A stretch of DNA of 64,000 bases from Escherichia phage vB_vPM_PD06, in the sequence record NC_052653.1, one strand, 5' to 3'. Below are positions 30,770 through 37,510 of this stretch, one piece after another; the stretch's first letter is position 1, and each line of letters starts with the position of its first letter. Made by a program: the position numbers and the translations under genes. The notes under the pieces were generated by a model. It was given only the letters and a program-made list of their open reading frames with translations. It was not told the DNA's origin and did no database searches.

Positions 30770-30882
30770 AATAAATACTGTTAAGTTGAAATGCTTTATT
30801 AGAATTGTGCGTTAAGGAGTCGCACCCCTCCATCTCAGAAGGAACTAGGCTTGTTCTTCGAAGACACCGCTGGCACGGAGTT

Positions 30883-30958
30883 TGGTCGTGGTAAACGGAG
30901 TCGAACCGTTGTTTCTCGATTATCGGTCGAGTGTACTAACCATCTGTACGATACCACA
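30883..30958 (-). tRNA. tRNA-Ile (anticodon GAT)
   Basis: Hand fold: 7 bp acceptor (U1-G72), T arm AACGG/TTCGACT/CCGTT, anticodon stem CTCGA/TCGAG, loop CCGATAA (C at position 33 is unusual), CCA encoded. Confidence 0.55.
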
Positions 30959-30963
30959 ATAAT

Positions 30964-31060
30964 TGGCAGCAAGGTGAGGAATCGAACCCCTTGATCTATG
31001 GTTTGGAGCCATATTGAGTACCATACTCTTTTAAATCTACCCAGCTATGAGTTCCTTGAG
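30964..31060 (-). ncRNA. tRNA-like sequence with Trp-type (CCA) anticodon hairpin, non-canonical 5' half
   Basis: T arm AGGGG/TTCGATT/CCTCA, 3' acceptor CCTTGCT-G-CCA, perfect hairpin TATGG-CTCCAAA-CCATA and D-like GAGT...ACTC, but no matching 5' acceptor strand at canonical distance. Confidence 0.3.
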
Positions 31061-31104
31061 GTGTCAATGTAATTTAATCATTACACCAGAAGGGAGGTAT
31101 TTAG

Positions 31105-31183
31105 TGGAGGCGGGAATCGGATTTGAACCGATGATCTCCAGCATATGAAACTGGCGAGGACGACCAGACTCCTCTATCCCGCG
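31105..31183 (-). tRNA. tRNA with CAT anticodon (elongator Met or Ile2 type)
   Basis: T arm ATCGG/TTCAAAT/CCGAT, anticodon stem CCAGT/GCTGG, loop TTCATAT, 11-nt D loop; position 1-72 is an unpaired C-C. Confidence 0.5.
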
Positions 31184-31198
31184 CAATCTGTAATAATT

Positions 31199-31283
31199 TG
31201 GTAGCTAAGGTGAGACTCGAACTCACAATCCCTTGGGGCAATACGTTCTAAGCGTATCGTGTATACCATTCCACCACTTAGCC
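31199..31283 (-). tRNA. tRNA-Leu (anticodon TAG), type II
   Basis: 85 nt; acceptor GGCTAAG/CTTAGCT, anticodon stem ATACG/CGTAT, loop CTTAGAA, long variable arm, T arm GTGAG/TTCGAGT/CTCAC, CCA encoded. Confidence 0.6.
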
Positions 31284-31360
31284 ATAATAAGTACACCACT
31301 GTAAGAAGCCTCAATGTGCTATTGACAGTTAACCAAGTCTACTCCTTGGATGGTGTTATT

Positions 31361-31435
31361 TGGTGCAGAGAGATGGTAACGATCCATCCTTTCTACCTTT
31401 TCAGGGTAGCACTAATCCGTCTCAGCTATCTCTGC
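31361..31435 (-). tRNA. tRNA-Phe (anticodon GAA)
   Basis: Perfect acceptor GCAGAGA/TCTCTGC, anticodon stem CTACC/GGTAG, loop CTGAAAA; T loop ATCGTTA is atypical. Confidence 0.5.
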
Positions 31436-31440
31436 AAATT

Positions 31441-31516
31441 TGGTCAGTGCGGCAGGACTCGAACCTGCGACCTGAAGCGTCCAAGGCTCCCACGCTACCA
31501 ACTGCGCTACGCACTG
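31441..31516 (-). tRNA. tRNA-Pro (anticodon TGG)
   Basis: 76 nt; acceptor CAGTGCG/CGCACTG, D arm GCGC/AGTTGGTA/GCGT, anticodon loop CTTGGAC, T arm GCAGG/TTCGAGT/CCTGC, CCA encoded. Confidence 0.7.
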
Positions 31517-31523
31517 TAAATCT

Positions 31524-31598
31524 TGGCTGGAGATCTAGGAATCGAACCTAGTCATCACGACTTCAAAGGCCGTTGCCTTCCCACTAGGCTAATCTCCA
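31524..31598 (-). tRNA. tRNA-Gln (anticodon TTG)
   Basis: 75 nt; acceptor TGGAGAT/ATCTCCA, anticodon stem ACGGC/GTCGT, loop CTTTGAA, T arm CTAGG/TTCGATT/CCTAG, CCA encoded. Confidence 0.6.
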
Positions 31599-32029
31599 AT
31601 AAATTACTTCAGTGTTACCACAAAGTGACGAACTGCTTTTCGTGCAGCAGAAGCCAGAGGCTTAGCATACTTAAGTTCATCTTTTTCCATTATAAATTCT
31701 CTTTTAAATGAAAATGCAGGACTTATTGGCATTGCCTGCGCAAGCCCTCAAGGGGAACATAGGTTTTTGGATATTTAACGACCAGGATAACCATAAACCC
31801 GTCATCATTCACATTCAAGAGGTACACCATAAAACTGCCGGGGTCTTAAAACTATAATGATTCGCAAATCATTAATCAGACAGTTCGATGGCTCCTCGAT
31901 TTTAGCTCACACTAAGGCAGTGAATCTCCAATAAACTAAAAAATCACTTAAAAAGAACCGCTAGAGTTTGAAGGAGAAAACCATGAGCGAAAAGAGAAAT
32001 TTTCTCTAGCGATTCCATTTAAATAATCT

Positions 32030-32104
32030 TGGAGCGAGTAACAGGACTTGAACCTGCACCTGGAGGGTGGAAACCTCATATGCTACCATTAACACTATAC
32101 CCGC
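32030..32104 (-). tRNA. tRNA-Gly (anticodon TCC)
   Basis: 75 nt; acceptor GCGGGTA/TACTCGC, anticodon loop TTTCCAC closed by a 4 bp stem with one mismatch, T arm GCAGG/TTCAAGT/CCTGT, CCA encoded. Confidence 0.5.
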
Positions 32105-32159
32105 TTAACAATATTACTCTAACATACTATTAGCCCCTTTGTCAAGAGGCTTTTGATAC

Positions 32160-32489
32160 TTATTTTAAAATAGTAGATGCACCACGTCTGTTTAGATATG
32201 CAATAGTAAAGTCCAAATCACCTATTTCTTCAGGTTCCCACTGACCTTCTAAGCCATAACAAGAACAATGATATGCGTGTACTTCATAAAACAAAGATGT
32301 TTTCATATCATAAAAATAAACGTGAGATTCACCTTCATAATATGCACAATCATAAGTGGCAGAAAGAATTACAATGTTATCCTTATCTAACTCTACTTCA
32401 TAATATCTTTCAACATCTTCAATATCATCAAAACCATCGAAAACATTGATATTAAAATATTTCTCTAACTCTTTTTCTGTCACATACAC
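32160..32489 (-). CDS. hypothetical protein inside tRNA array
   Basis: 109 aa acidic, Tyr/Cys-rich ORF between tRNA-Gly and tRNA-Thr. Confidence 0.45.
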   Translation of the reverse strand: MYVTEKELEKYFNINVFDGFDDIEDVERYYEVELDKDNIVILSATYDCAYYEGESHVYFYDMKTSLFYEVHAYHCSCYGLEGQWEPEEIGDLDFTIAYLNRRGASTILK

Positions 32490-32506
32490 TCCTTTAGAGT
32501 TAAAAT

Positions 32507-32581
32507 TGGTGCTCCCACAAGGACTCGAACCCTGATAAGTTGCTTACAAGGCAACCGTAATAGCCGTTATACGATAGGAGC
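32507..32581 (-). tRNA. tRNA-Thr (anticodon TGT)
   Basis: 75 nt; acceptor GCTCCTA/TGGGAGC, anticodon stem GTTGC/GCAAC, loop CTTGTAA, T arm CAGGG/TTCGAGT/CCTTG, CCA encoded. Confidence 0.6.
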
Positions 32582-32587
32582 AATACT

Positions 32588-32664
32588 TGGACTCGGCAGG
32601 ATTCGATACCTGCAATTCCAGAAGCCTCTTGGCGACTGGGGGTTTACCTTAACTCTACAAGTCC
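32588..32664 (-). ncRNA. tRNA-like sequence, non-canonical interior
   Basis: 7 bp acceptor-like pairing GGACTTG/CGAGTCC and perfect T stem GCAGG/CCTGC around 8-nt loop TATCGAAT, but no canonical 5-7-5 anticodon arm. Confidence 0.25.
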
Positions 32665-32671
32665 ATAATTC

Positions 32672-32756
32672 TGGCGATGGATCAAGGATTTGAACCTTGC
32701 TAGAACTTTCGTTCACGGATTAACAGTCCGTCGCCCAACCACTAGGCCAATCCATC
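32672..32756 (-). tRNA. tRNA with Asn anticodon (GTT) and a long variable arm (type II-like)
   Basis: 85 nt; acceptor GATGGAT/ATCCATC, anticodon arm ACGGA-CTGTTAA-TCCGT, 15-nt variable region GAACGAAAGTTCTAG forming a GAAC/GTTC stem with GAAA loop, T arm CAAGG/TTCAAAT/CCTTG, CCA encoded. Confidence 0.5.
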
Positions 32757-32763
32757 TTTAATT

Positions 32764-32850
32764 TGGTGCAGGTAGTTGGACTCGAACCAACGAAGCCCCG
32801 AAGGGCAAGAGATTTACAGTCTCCAGCAATTGCCGCTATGCGATACCTAC
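32764..32850 (-). tRNA. tRNA-Tyr (anticodon GTA), type II
   Basis: 87 nt; acceptor GTAGGTA/TACCTGC, anticodon stem GGAGA/TCTCT, loop CTGTAAA, variable arm GCCC-TTCG-GGGC, T arm GTTGG/TTCGAGT/CCAAC, CCA encoded. Confidence 0.65.
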
Positions 32851-32855
32851 GTGTT

Positions 32856-32931
32856 TGGTACATCGTGAAGGATTCGAACCTTCGACCTTGGAGTTAAAAG
32901 CACCTTGCTCTACCAACTAAGCTAACGATGT
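32856..32931 (-). tRNA. tRNA-Lys (anticodon TTT) with weakly paired anticodon stem
   Basis: 76 nt; perfect acceptor ACATCGT/ACGATGT, D arm GCTT/AGTTGGTA/GAGC, T arm GAAGG/TTCGAAT/CCTTC; anticodon loop CTTTTAA flanked by AGGTG/CTCCA with two mismatches. Confidence 0.5.
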
Positions 32932-33065
32932 ATAAATTATCTTTAAAATAGCCAGTGTTTGCGGCACTTAGCTATGAAGTATTGGGGTATCGGTAAAGTG
33001 GTTACCGCCACTTGCCGAAAGTTTACTCTGCTAAAGTAAGATTACAAGCTACATTAAAGATAACT

Positions 33066-33151
33066 TGGCGGTAGATGTAGGACTTGAACCTACACGCCGT
33101 TTCCGACGACAGTTTAGCAAACTGTTGTGGCTACCATTTCACCAATCTACC
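33066..33151 (-). tRNA. tRNA-Ser (anticodon GCT), type II
   Basis: 86 nt; acceptor GGTAGAT/ATCTACC, anticodon stem ACAGT/ACTGT, loop TTGCTAA, variable arm CGTCG-GAAA-CGGCG, T arm GTAGG/TTCAAGT/CCTAC, CCA encoded. Confidence 0.65.
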
Positions 33152-33159
33152 GTTCTTAA

Positions 33160-33312
33160 TTATTCAAAACAACCGGAATCTTTTTGTTCTGCTTTTACCA
33201 TACGAATATTTTTACCATCTTCAGATTGTTGAAGATTAGAATACTCATAAACAACTTTATTATCTACAATCTTAACTCCGGTAACAACCTGTCCAATAGT
33301 TTTATAATTCAT
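33160..33312 (-). CDS. small hypothetical protein (50 aa)
   Basis: Six-frame ORF 33160-33360 overlaps tRNA-Ser at its 5' end; internal ATG at 33312 has AGGAG upstream. Confidence 0.3.
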   Translation of the reverse strand: MNYKTIGQVVTGVKIVDNKVVYEYSNLQQSEDGKNIRMVKAEQKDSGCFE

Positions 33313-33330
33313 AAAGCTCCTAGTTGAATT

Positions 33331-33420
33331 TGGAGGAAGATAATGGAGTCGAACCATCACCGTATCGCTACAATGGGCCAGGGTTCAAACCTGGTTGCGC
33401 ACCGCTGCGCCCTACCTTCC
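33331..33420 (-). tRNA. tRNA-Ser (anticodon TGA), type II
   Basis: 90 nt; acceptor GGAAGGT/ATCTTCC, anticodon stem CCAGG/CCTGG, loop TTTGAAC, ~19-nt variable arm, T arm GATGG/TTCGACT/CCATT, CCA encoded. Confidence 0.6.
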
Positions 33421-33435
33421 CGTTATCATACTTTA

Positions 33436-33465
33436 AATCTAACATAAAACTATCTTGCTTGTCAA
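33436..33465 (-). promoter_or_regulatory. candidate sigma70-like promoter inside tRNA array
   Basis: Minus strand TTGACA, 18-nt spacer, TAGATT; upstream of tRNA-Ser(TGA). Confidence 0.3.
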
Positions 33466-33483
33466 GTAGTTTTTAAAACTTTT

Positions 33484-33565
33484 TGGTCGGGGTGACAGGA
33501 TTCGAACCTGCATACTCCAATTACTCGGTTAACGCCTGATTAGAAGTCAGGTGAGATACACCCCG
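33484..33565 (-). ncRNA. tRNA-Arg(TCT)-like sequence lacking a canonical D arm
   Basis: 7 bp GC-rich acceptor CGGGGTG/CACCCCG, T arm GCAGG/TTCGAAT/CCTGT, perfect hairpin CCTGA-CTTCTAA-TCAGG, but only 7 nt between acceptor and that hairpin and a 23-nt insert before the T arm. Confidence 0.35.
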
Positions 33566-33637
33566 TTTTCACAGTAACTATAACAAAAAACTAAGTGAAT
33601 GTCAAGATATTTTTACTAAAATTATTATTTAAATTGA

Positions 33638-33743
33638 AGCCTAGTTATGGAATCGAACCATATTTCGTATTTAGTTAGACAAAGCGGTCTAACATATTTT
33701 TCAGGCTTTGATGGCCTCGGAATTACCAAATACCCTACTAGGC
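33638..33743 (-). ncRNA. 106-nt tRNA-like element
   Basis: T arm TATGG/TTCGATT/CCATA and exact 7 bp acceptor pairing GCCTAGT/ACTAGGC 106 nt apart; interior has hairpins AGGC-CATCAAA-GCCT and GTTAGAC-CGCTTT-GTCTAAC; no CCA encoded. Confidence 0.25.
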
Positions 33744-33745
33744 GT

Positions 33746-33831
33746 TGGTGCAAGTGGAGGGATTCGAACCCTCAATCATTTAAGCGTTGCGTTTTAAGCA
33801 CAATGTGTATCACCAATTCCACCACACTTGC
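33746..33831 (-). tRNA. tRNA-Leu (anticodon TAA), type II
   Basis: 86 nt; acceptor GCAAGTG/CACTTGC, anticodon stem TTGTG/CGCAA, loop CTTAAAA, T arm GAGGG/TTCGAAT/CCCTC, CCA encoded. Confidence 0.6.
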
Positions 33832-33862
33832 ATATAGGAGATGCATAGCATCTCCTTTTAAA

Positions 33863-33938
33863 TGGTGGTTCCCCAGGGTTACAATCCCTGCCCTCGACAC
33901 TTATGAGGTGTGCGCTCTCGTCAGTGAGCTATGGAACC
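33863..33938 (-). tRNA. tRNA with CAT anticodon (second copy; Met or Ile2 type)
   Basis: 76 nt; D arm GCTC/GAGC perfect, anticodon loop CTCATAA, T stem CAGGG/CCCTG with atypical loop ATTGTAA, acceptor has one mismatch at 7-66. Confidence 0.45.
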
Positions 33939-33945
33939 TTGAATA

Positions 33946-34212
33946 TTAAGCATACTGGGTCATTTCACCAGCTTCGCGTTTCTCCAGAAGAACTGTAATC
34001 AAAGCAATAGCTGCTTCTTCTTCGTGAGGAAGCCCCATTTCATCCAGAAGAGCAAGGAAGTCAATTACCAAACTTTCTGTTTTAAGGCTAACGCTACCAT
34101 TTTCGTTTTCAGTAAGAACTGATTCAGGTTCAAAAATAAAGATTGCTCCACCTTTATTATCAATCAATACGTGCTTCTCAATCAGTTCTTTACCATAAGT
34201 ACGTTCTGTCAT
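33946..34212 (-). CDS. hypothetical protein
   Basis: 88 aa acidic ORF. Confidence 0.4.
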   Translation of the reverse strand: MTERTYGKELIEKHVLIDNKGGAIFIFEPESVLTENENGSVSLKTESLVIDFLALLDEMGLPHEEEAAIALITVLLEKREAGEMTQYA

Positions 34213-34392
34213 AGTTTTCTCCTTTTTGTTTAACTTGGGCTTATCTTAGCAAATAACTAGCTATGTTGTCAACTAGTTTTTACAATATTTTTTCTTGATC
34301 TGTAACCTAGTGTATAACCGCATACAAAGGATACAATAGCAATAAAAACAGATAAGCCAAAAATAATTTCTGTAGACATACTGTTTCCTTAA

Positions 34393-34614
34393 TTATGTGA
34401 AATCTAATTCCTCCTCTGGTGCTGTGTAATTTAGAAGAAGATCAGTTACACTTTGATGTTGATAAACCCTTTCGGGACTGTCATCGAATGCCAAACTTGT
34501 ACAAATCGAGCATAGATCCGACTCTTGAATATTACCATTCCTGTCTCTACGGGAATGATTAGTCAAGTGTCTGTTACAGGCTCGGCAACGAAAATAAAAA
34601 TTATGTTGTTTCAT
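34393..34614 (-). CDS. small Cys-rich (zinc-finger-like) protein
   Basis: 73 aa with CRACNRH...CSIC cysteine pairs. Confidence 0.4.
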   Translation of the reverse strand: MKQHNFYFRCRACNRHLTNHSRRDRNGNIQESDLCSICTSLAFDDSPERVYQHQSVTDLLLNYTAPEEELDFT

Positions 34615-34685
34615 AAATCCTTCGTGAAGCCCATCCAGGGCAGTTGTAGGCTCTCCTTACCTTAATCTTATCACGAAGTTTTTAT

Positions 34686-36419
34686 TTAGTCAACCTGGAT
34701 GGTTCCCATAGTACGAAGAACCTCTACATCAACACGGTTGCGGATATCAGTGAATGTTTCATCACGACCTTCTACTTGTGGTGTAATAACCTTACCATTC
34801 TTGAAGATAACTTGTAACTCATTGTCTTCATCCTGGATATCTTTAAAAGAAAGATTATCTACAAGAGAAAGATTACCATTGGTATCATTAACAACCTTAA
34901 TAAAACCTTTTGCAGAGCGTTTACCAGGATCAGTTTTAGGCTCCTTACTTACCAAAATTTCGTGTTCACCGATGATACTACCTGTTGCTTTAACAGCAAA
35001 ACCAAAAGTATCTCGTGTATTGAACTGATAAGTATAACTACCAACACCAAATACAATATTGGAAGCTGCAAAACCTTTCTTCTTCAGTCGGCGTAAGATC
35101 TCGTGTTCTCGTTCAACAGTAATAGAATCACCATAAATCATACCGATATGCTGATCAAGAACCTTGTAGCCTTTTCGGTTGATAGTACCACCAAACACTT
35201 CCCAAAGGATTTGAATAGAACCTACTGCTTCACAATAAGGAATCTCATAAGTTTCATCAATACAGTCAGCAACACTGCAATCCTGAAGAACATTGTAATA
35301 CTTATTAACATCAGCCAAATGAACTACTTCAGTGGCTGTCGCAATACCATTATTTAAGAGGTCTTGATAGTTATCAAAAGATTCAACATTGTATCCTGCA
35401 ACAACTTTAACCGGATCTCCTGAATCTGGACGAATAACAAGACGACCATTTCGTGACATAATGGAATCTTTCAATTCTACCAGAATGCGAGTCAATACAG
35501 CCCAATAGTCATAAGAGTCTGCTACATATGAACAAAAACCTTCTGGAACAATTTCTTCGATATAACGACGAAGAAACTCTTTTTCTGCTACATAACGAAG
35601 CCCATCTACATCATCTTTAAGATGTGGGAAATGTTTCTTCAGATCTTCAACAATAGATCCAATGTTAGTCGTTGCTACTGAATGTTCTGTTGCCGGAATC
35701 GAACCTGCAACAAACTGATCATAATCAATACCATAATAGTCATGCACAGTTTCAATAGCCAGAATATTATCTGTTCCTGTGAACGATGCCAAGTGAGCGA
35801 TACCACTCTTATAACCATCTTCGATATTACTTAAACCACGTAGGCTAAAATCATGACACTGGAAGTTAACGTGATCAATATTATCACACGTTGCCATCGC
35901 ATATGCCATAGCGATACGCTTATACTGAAAAGCTGCTGTGGCATTAGTCATTGTCTTCCAAGTTTCATCTGACAACAGTGTTTCCACATAGTTAGTTAAC
36001 CAAAAGAATTTTTCTAAAGTATTATGCACAGTAAACACAGGAACACCAATAGGACACAAAACACCTTCTGGCAGAGATCGAACTTCCAGCGGAAGATAAC
36101 CTAAATCGTGCAATTCTCCCCAACATTCCGCAGAAGGAGCAGAAGCACCTAACGCATTTTTAGACATACGATAAAATTTATTTACTGCTGCACTACGAGA
36201 CATTTTAAAGAAGCTATCCCACATAGTTACAAGAGCATCAGTGACTGCTCGACGAATACCTAAAACAATCACACCACGTGCTTCACGATCTGCATAGTGT
36301 GCAAAGTTTTTATCATTACGAGGAGTTAAATTAGAGAAAATAAGTTTTGTATTTTGGTTGTACATCTGCTTGTGACCAGGTTTGTACCAATCAGTAGCAA
36401 AAGGTGCAAAAATATTCAT
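34686..36419 (-). CDS. nadV: nicotinamide phosphoribosyltransferase (NAMPT/NadV family)
   Basis: 577 aa; N-terminal TDWYKPGH motif and RPDSGDP motif characteristic of NAMPT-type phosphoribosyltransferases. Confidence 0.75.
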   Translation of the reverse strand: MNIFAPFATDWYKPGHKQMYNQNTKLIFSNLTPRNDKNFAHYADREARGVIVLGIRRAVTDALVTMWDSFFKMSRSAAVNKFYRMSKNALGASAPSAECWGELHDLGYLPLEVRSLPEGVLCPIGVPVFTVHNTLEKFFWLTNYVETLLSDETWKTMTNATAAFQYKRIAMAYAMATCDNIDHVNFQCHDFSLRGLSNIEDGYKSGIAHLASFTGTDNILAIETVHDYYGIDYDQFVAGSIPATEHSVATTNIGSIVEDLKKHFPHLKDDVDGLRYVAEKEFLRRYIEEIVPEGFCSYVADSYDYWAVLTRILVELKDSIMSRNGRLVIRPDSGDPVKVVAGYNVESFDNYQDLLNNGIATATEVVHLADVNKYYNVLQDCSVADCIDETYEIPYCEAVGSIQILWEVFGGTINRKGYKVLDQHIGMIYGDSITVEREHEILRRLKKKGFAASNIVFGVGSYTYQFNTRDTFGFAVKATGSIIGEHEILVSKEPKTDPGKRSAKGFIKVVNDTNGNLSLVDNLSFKDIQDEDNELQVIFKNGKVITPQVEGRDETFTDIRNRVDVEVLRTMGTIQVD

Positions 36420-36490
36420 AGTTATGTCTCCTTGTTTGTTAATGTGGGAGTATCTTACTAAGCATACTCCCTATTGTCAACACTTATTAT

Positions 36491-37384
36491 TTAAAAATTC
36501 CACACGTATGGAGATACAATTTGTTGTTGCAAATCTGACTGATTCTTAACAAGAACACCAGAATCTTCTTGGATGTTATCTTCCCACACATTAAGAGAAT
36601 GAATGCAGTCAAAGTGCTCACTTAACTCTTTAAGACCTTTAGAAAAGATACCGTGTGTAACATATAGCTCAATCTTACCTGCGTTACGAGCACGTAGCAC
36701 TTTAGCCAATTCGATAAAAGTTCTACCACCATCACAGATATCATCTACGATCATCAGGTTACGCTTATTGAAATCCTGTACAGAAATGTCTGTACGAACA
36801 ATAGCACCTGTTGCGGTATCTCTAACCTTCTCTGCACAGAACACATCTAAAGACATTTTCTTAGATAATTTAAATATTTTCTTAAGAGCACCACCATCAG
36901 GGCTAACAAGAGCAAAATTCTCCATACGTAACTTCCACTTTAAAGTTTCGTAAGCAATCTCTTCTTGAGGCATTACACAGAGTCTGTCAAACACTGCTGG
37001 AGTAACATCACTATGCGGATCAGCAACGATAACACGTGAGAAATTTAATGAATTAATTATAGAAGCAAATGCTTTAACTCCGAATGCTTCCCCAGGCTCA
37101 CACACTCTGTCTTGTCGTGCATACGGCACATACAACATGAGTAAATCAACACAATATGGTTTATGATATAGCATATTGTCCAATGCATTCTTAGTCATAA
37201 CCAAAGTCATCAAGTCTTTAGCAGATCTTACTTCTAAAGTGAGTAAGATTCTGTCTGTAGCATGATTGAAACCTGATAGATTCGTATCTAATTGAACATG
37301 TTGTTCTCCACCAGAGAATGTAAACACTTTAACGTCTACATCAGTAACATAACAGTCAACACCATGCAGAATACTAACTTTCAT
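36491..37384 (-). CDS. prs: ribose-phosphate pyrophosphokinase (PRPP synthetase)
   Basis: 297 aa; PRPP-binding motif MIVDDICDGGRTF; adjacent to nadV. Confidence 0.7.
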   Translation of the reverse strand: MKVSILHGVDCYVTDVDVKVFTFSGGEQHVQLDTNLSGFNHATDRILLTLEVRSAKDLMTLVMTKNALDNMLYHKPYCVDLLMLYVPYARQDRVCEPGEAFGVKAFASIINSLNFSRVIVADPHSDVTPAVFDRLCVMPQEEIAYETLKWKLRMENFALVSPDGGALKKIFKLSKKMSLDVFCAEKVRDTATGAIVRTDISVQDFNKRNLMIVDDICDGGRTFIELAKVLRARNAGKIELYVTHGIFSKGLKELSEHFDCIHSLNVWEDNIQEDSGVLVKNQSDLQQQIVSPYVWNF

Positions 37385-37422
37385 TCTTTATCTCCTTAGT
37401 TGCGTTAGGACTTTATGTTCTC

Positions 37423-37452
37423 TACTCTACATACAGATAGATCTAAAGTCAA
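37423..37452 (-). promoter_or_regulatory. candidate sigma70-like promoter for prs-nadV
   Basis: Minus strand TTGACT, 18-nt spacer, TAGAGT, about 40 nt upstream of prs start with AAGGAG RBS. Confidence 0.35.
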
Positions 37453-37460
37453 TAGATATT

Positions 37461-37510
37461 TATTATTTAATTAATAATAAAATTAATAAATAATTAATAA
37501 ATAATCTATT
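37461..37510. repeat. AT-rich tandem repeats (TTAATAA/ATAAATA units) in divergent intergenic region
   Basis: ttaattaataataaaattaataaataattaataaataatc between divergently transcribed prs and the plus-strand early genes. Confidence 0.5.

Noticed and set aside
31105-31183. Initiator tRNA-fMet identity for the CAT tRNA with the 1-72 mismatch
   Set aside because: Lacks the three consecutive G-C pairs in the anticodon stem expected of bacterial initiator tRNA.
31284-31360. Possible extra tRNA in the 77-nt gap between tRNA-Leu(TAG) and tRNA-Phe
   Set aside because: An ACACCAT/GTGGTGT pairing exists but it would span only about 65 nt, with no T loop and no anticodon arm.
31259-31711. Plus-strand ORFs of 62-86 aa (31259-31519, 31360-31551, 31523-31711)
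   Set aside because: They run antisense through well-folded minus-strand tRNA genes and have no RBS; treated as spurious.
33638-33743. Possible opal-suppressor or selenocysteine-type tRNA (UCA anticodon reading of the CATCAAA loop)
   Set aside because: Requires a 4-bp stem and A at position 33; no recoded in-frame stops are evident in the intact structural genes.
33647-33949. Plus-strand 100-aa ORF
   Set aside because: Overlaps three tRNA or tRNA-like genes on the opposite strand; no RBS.
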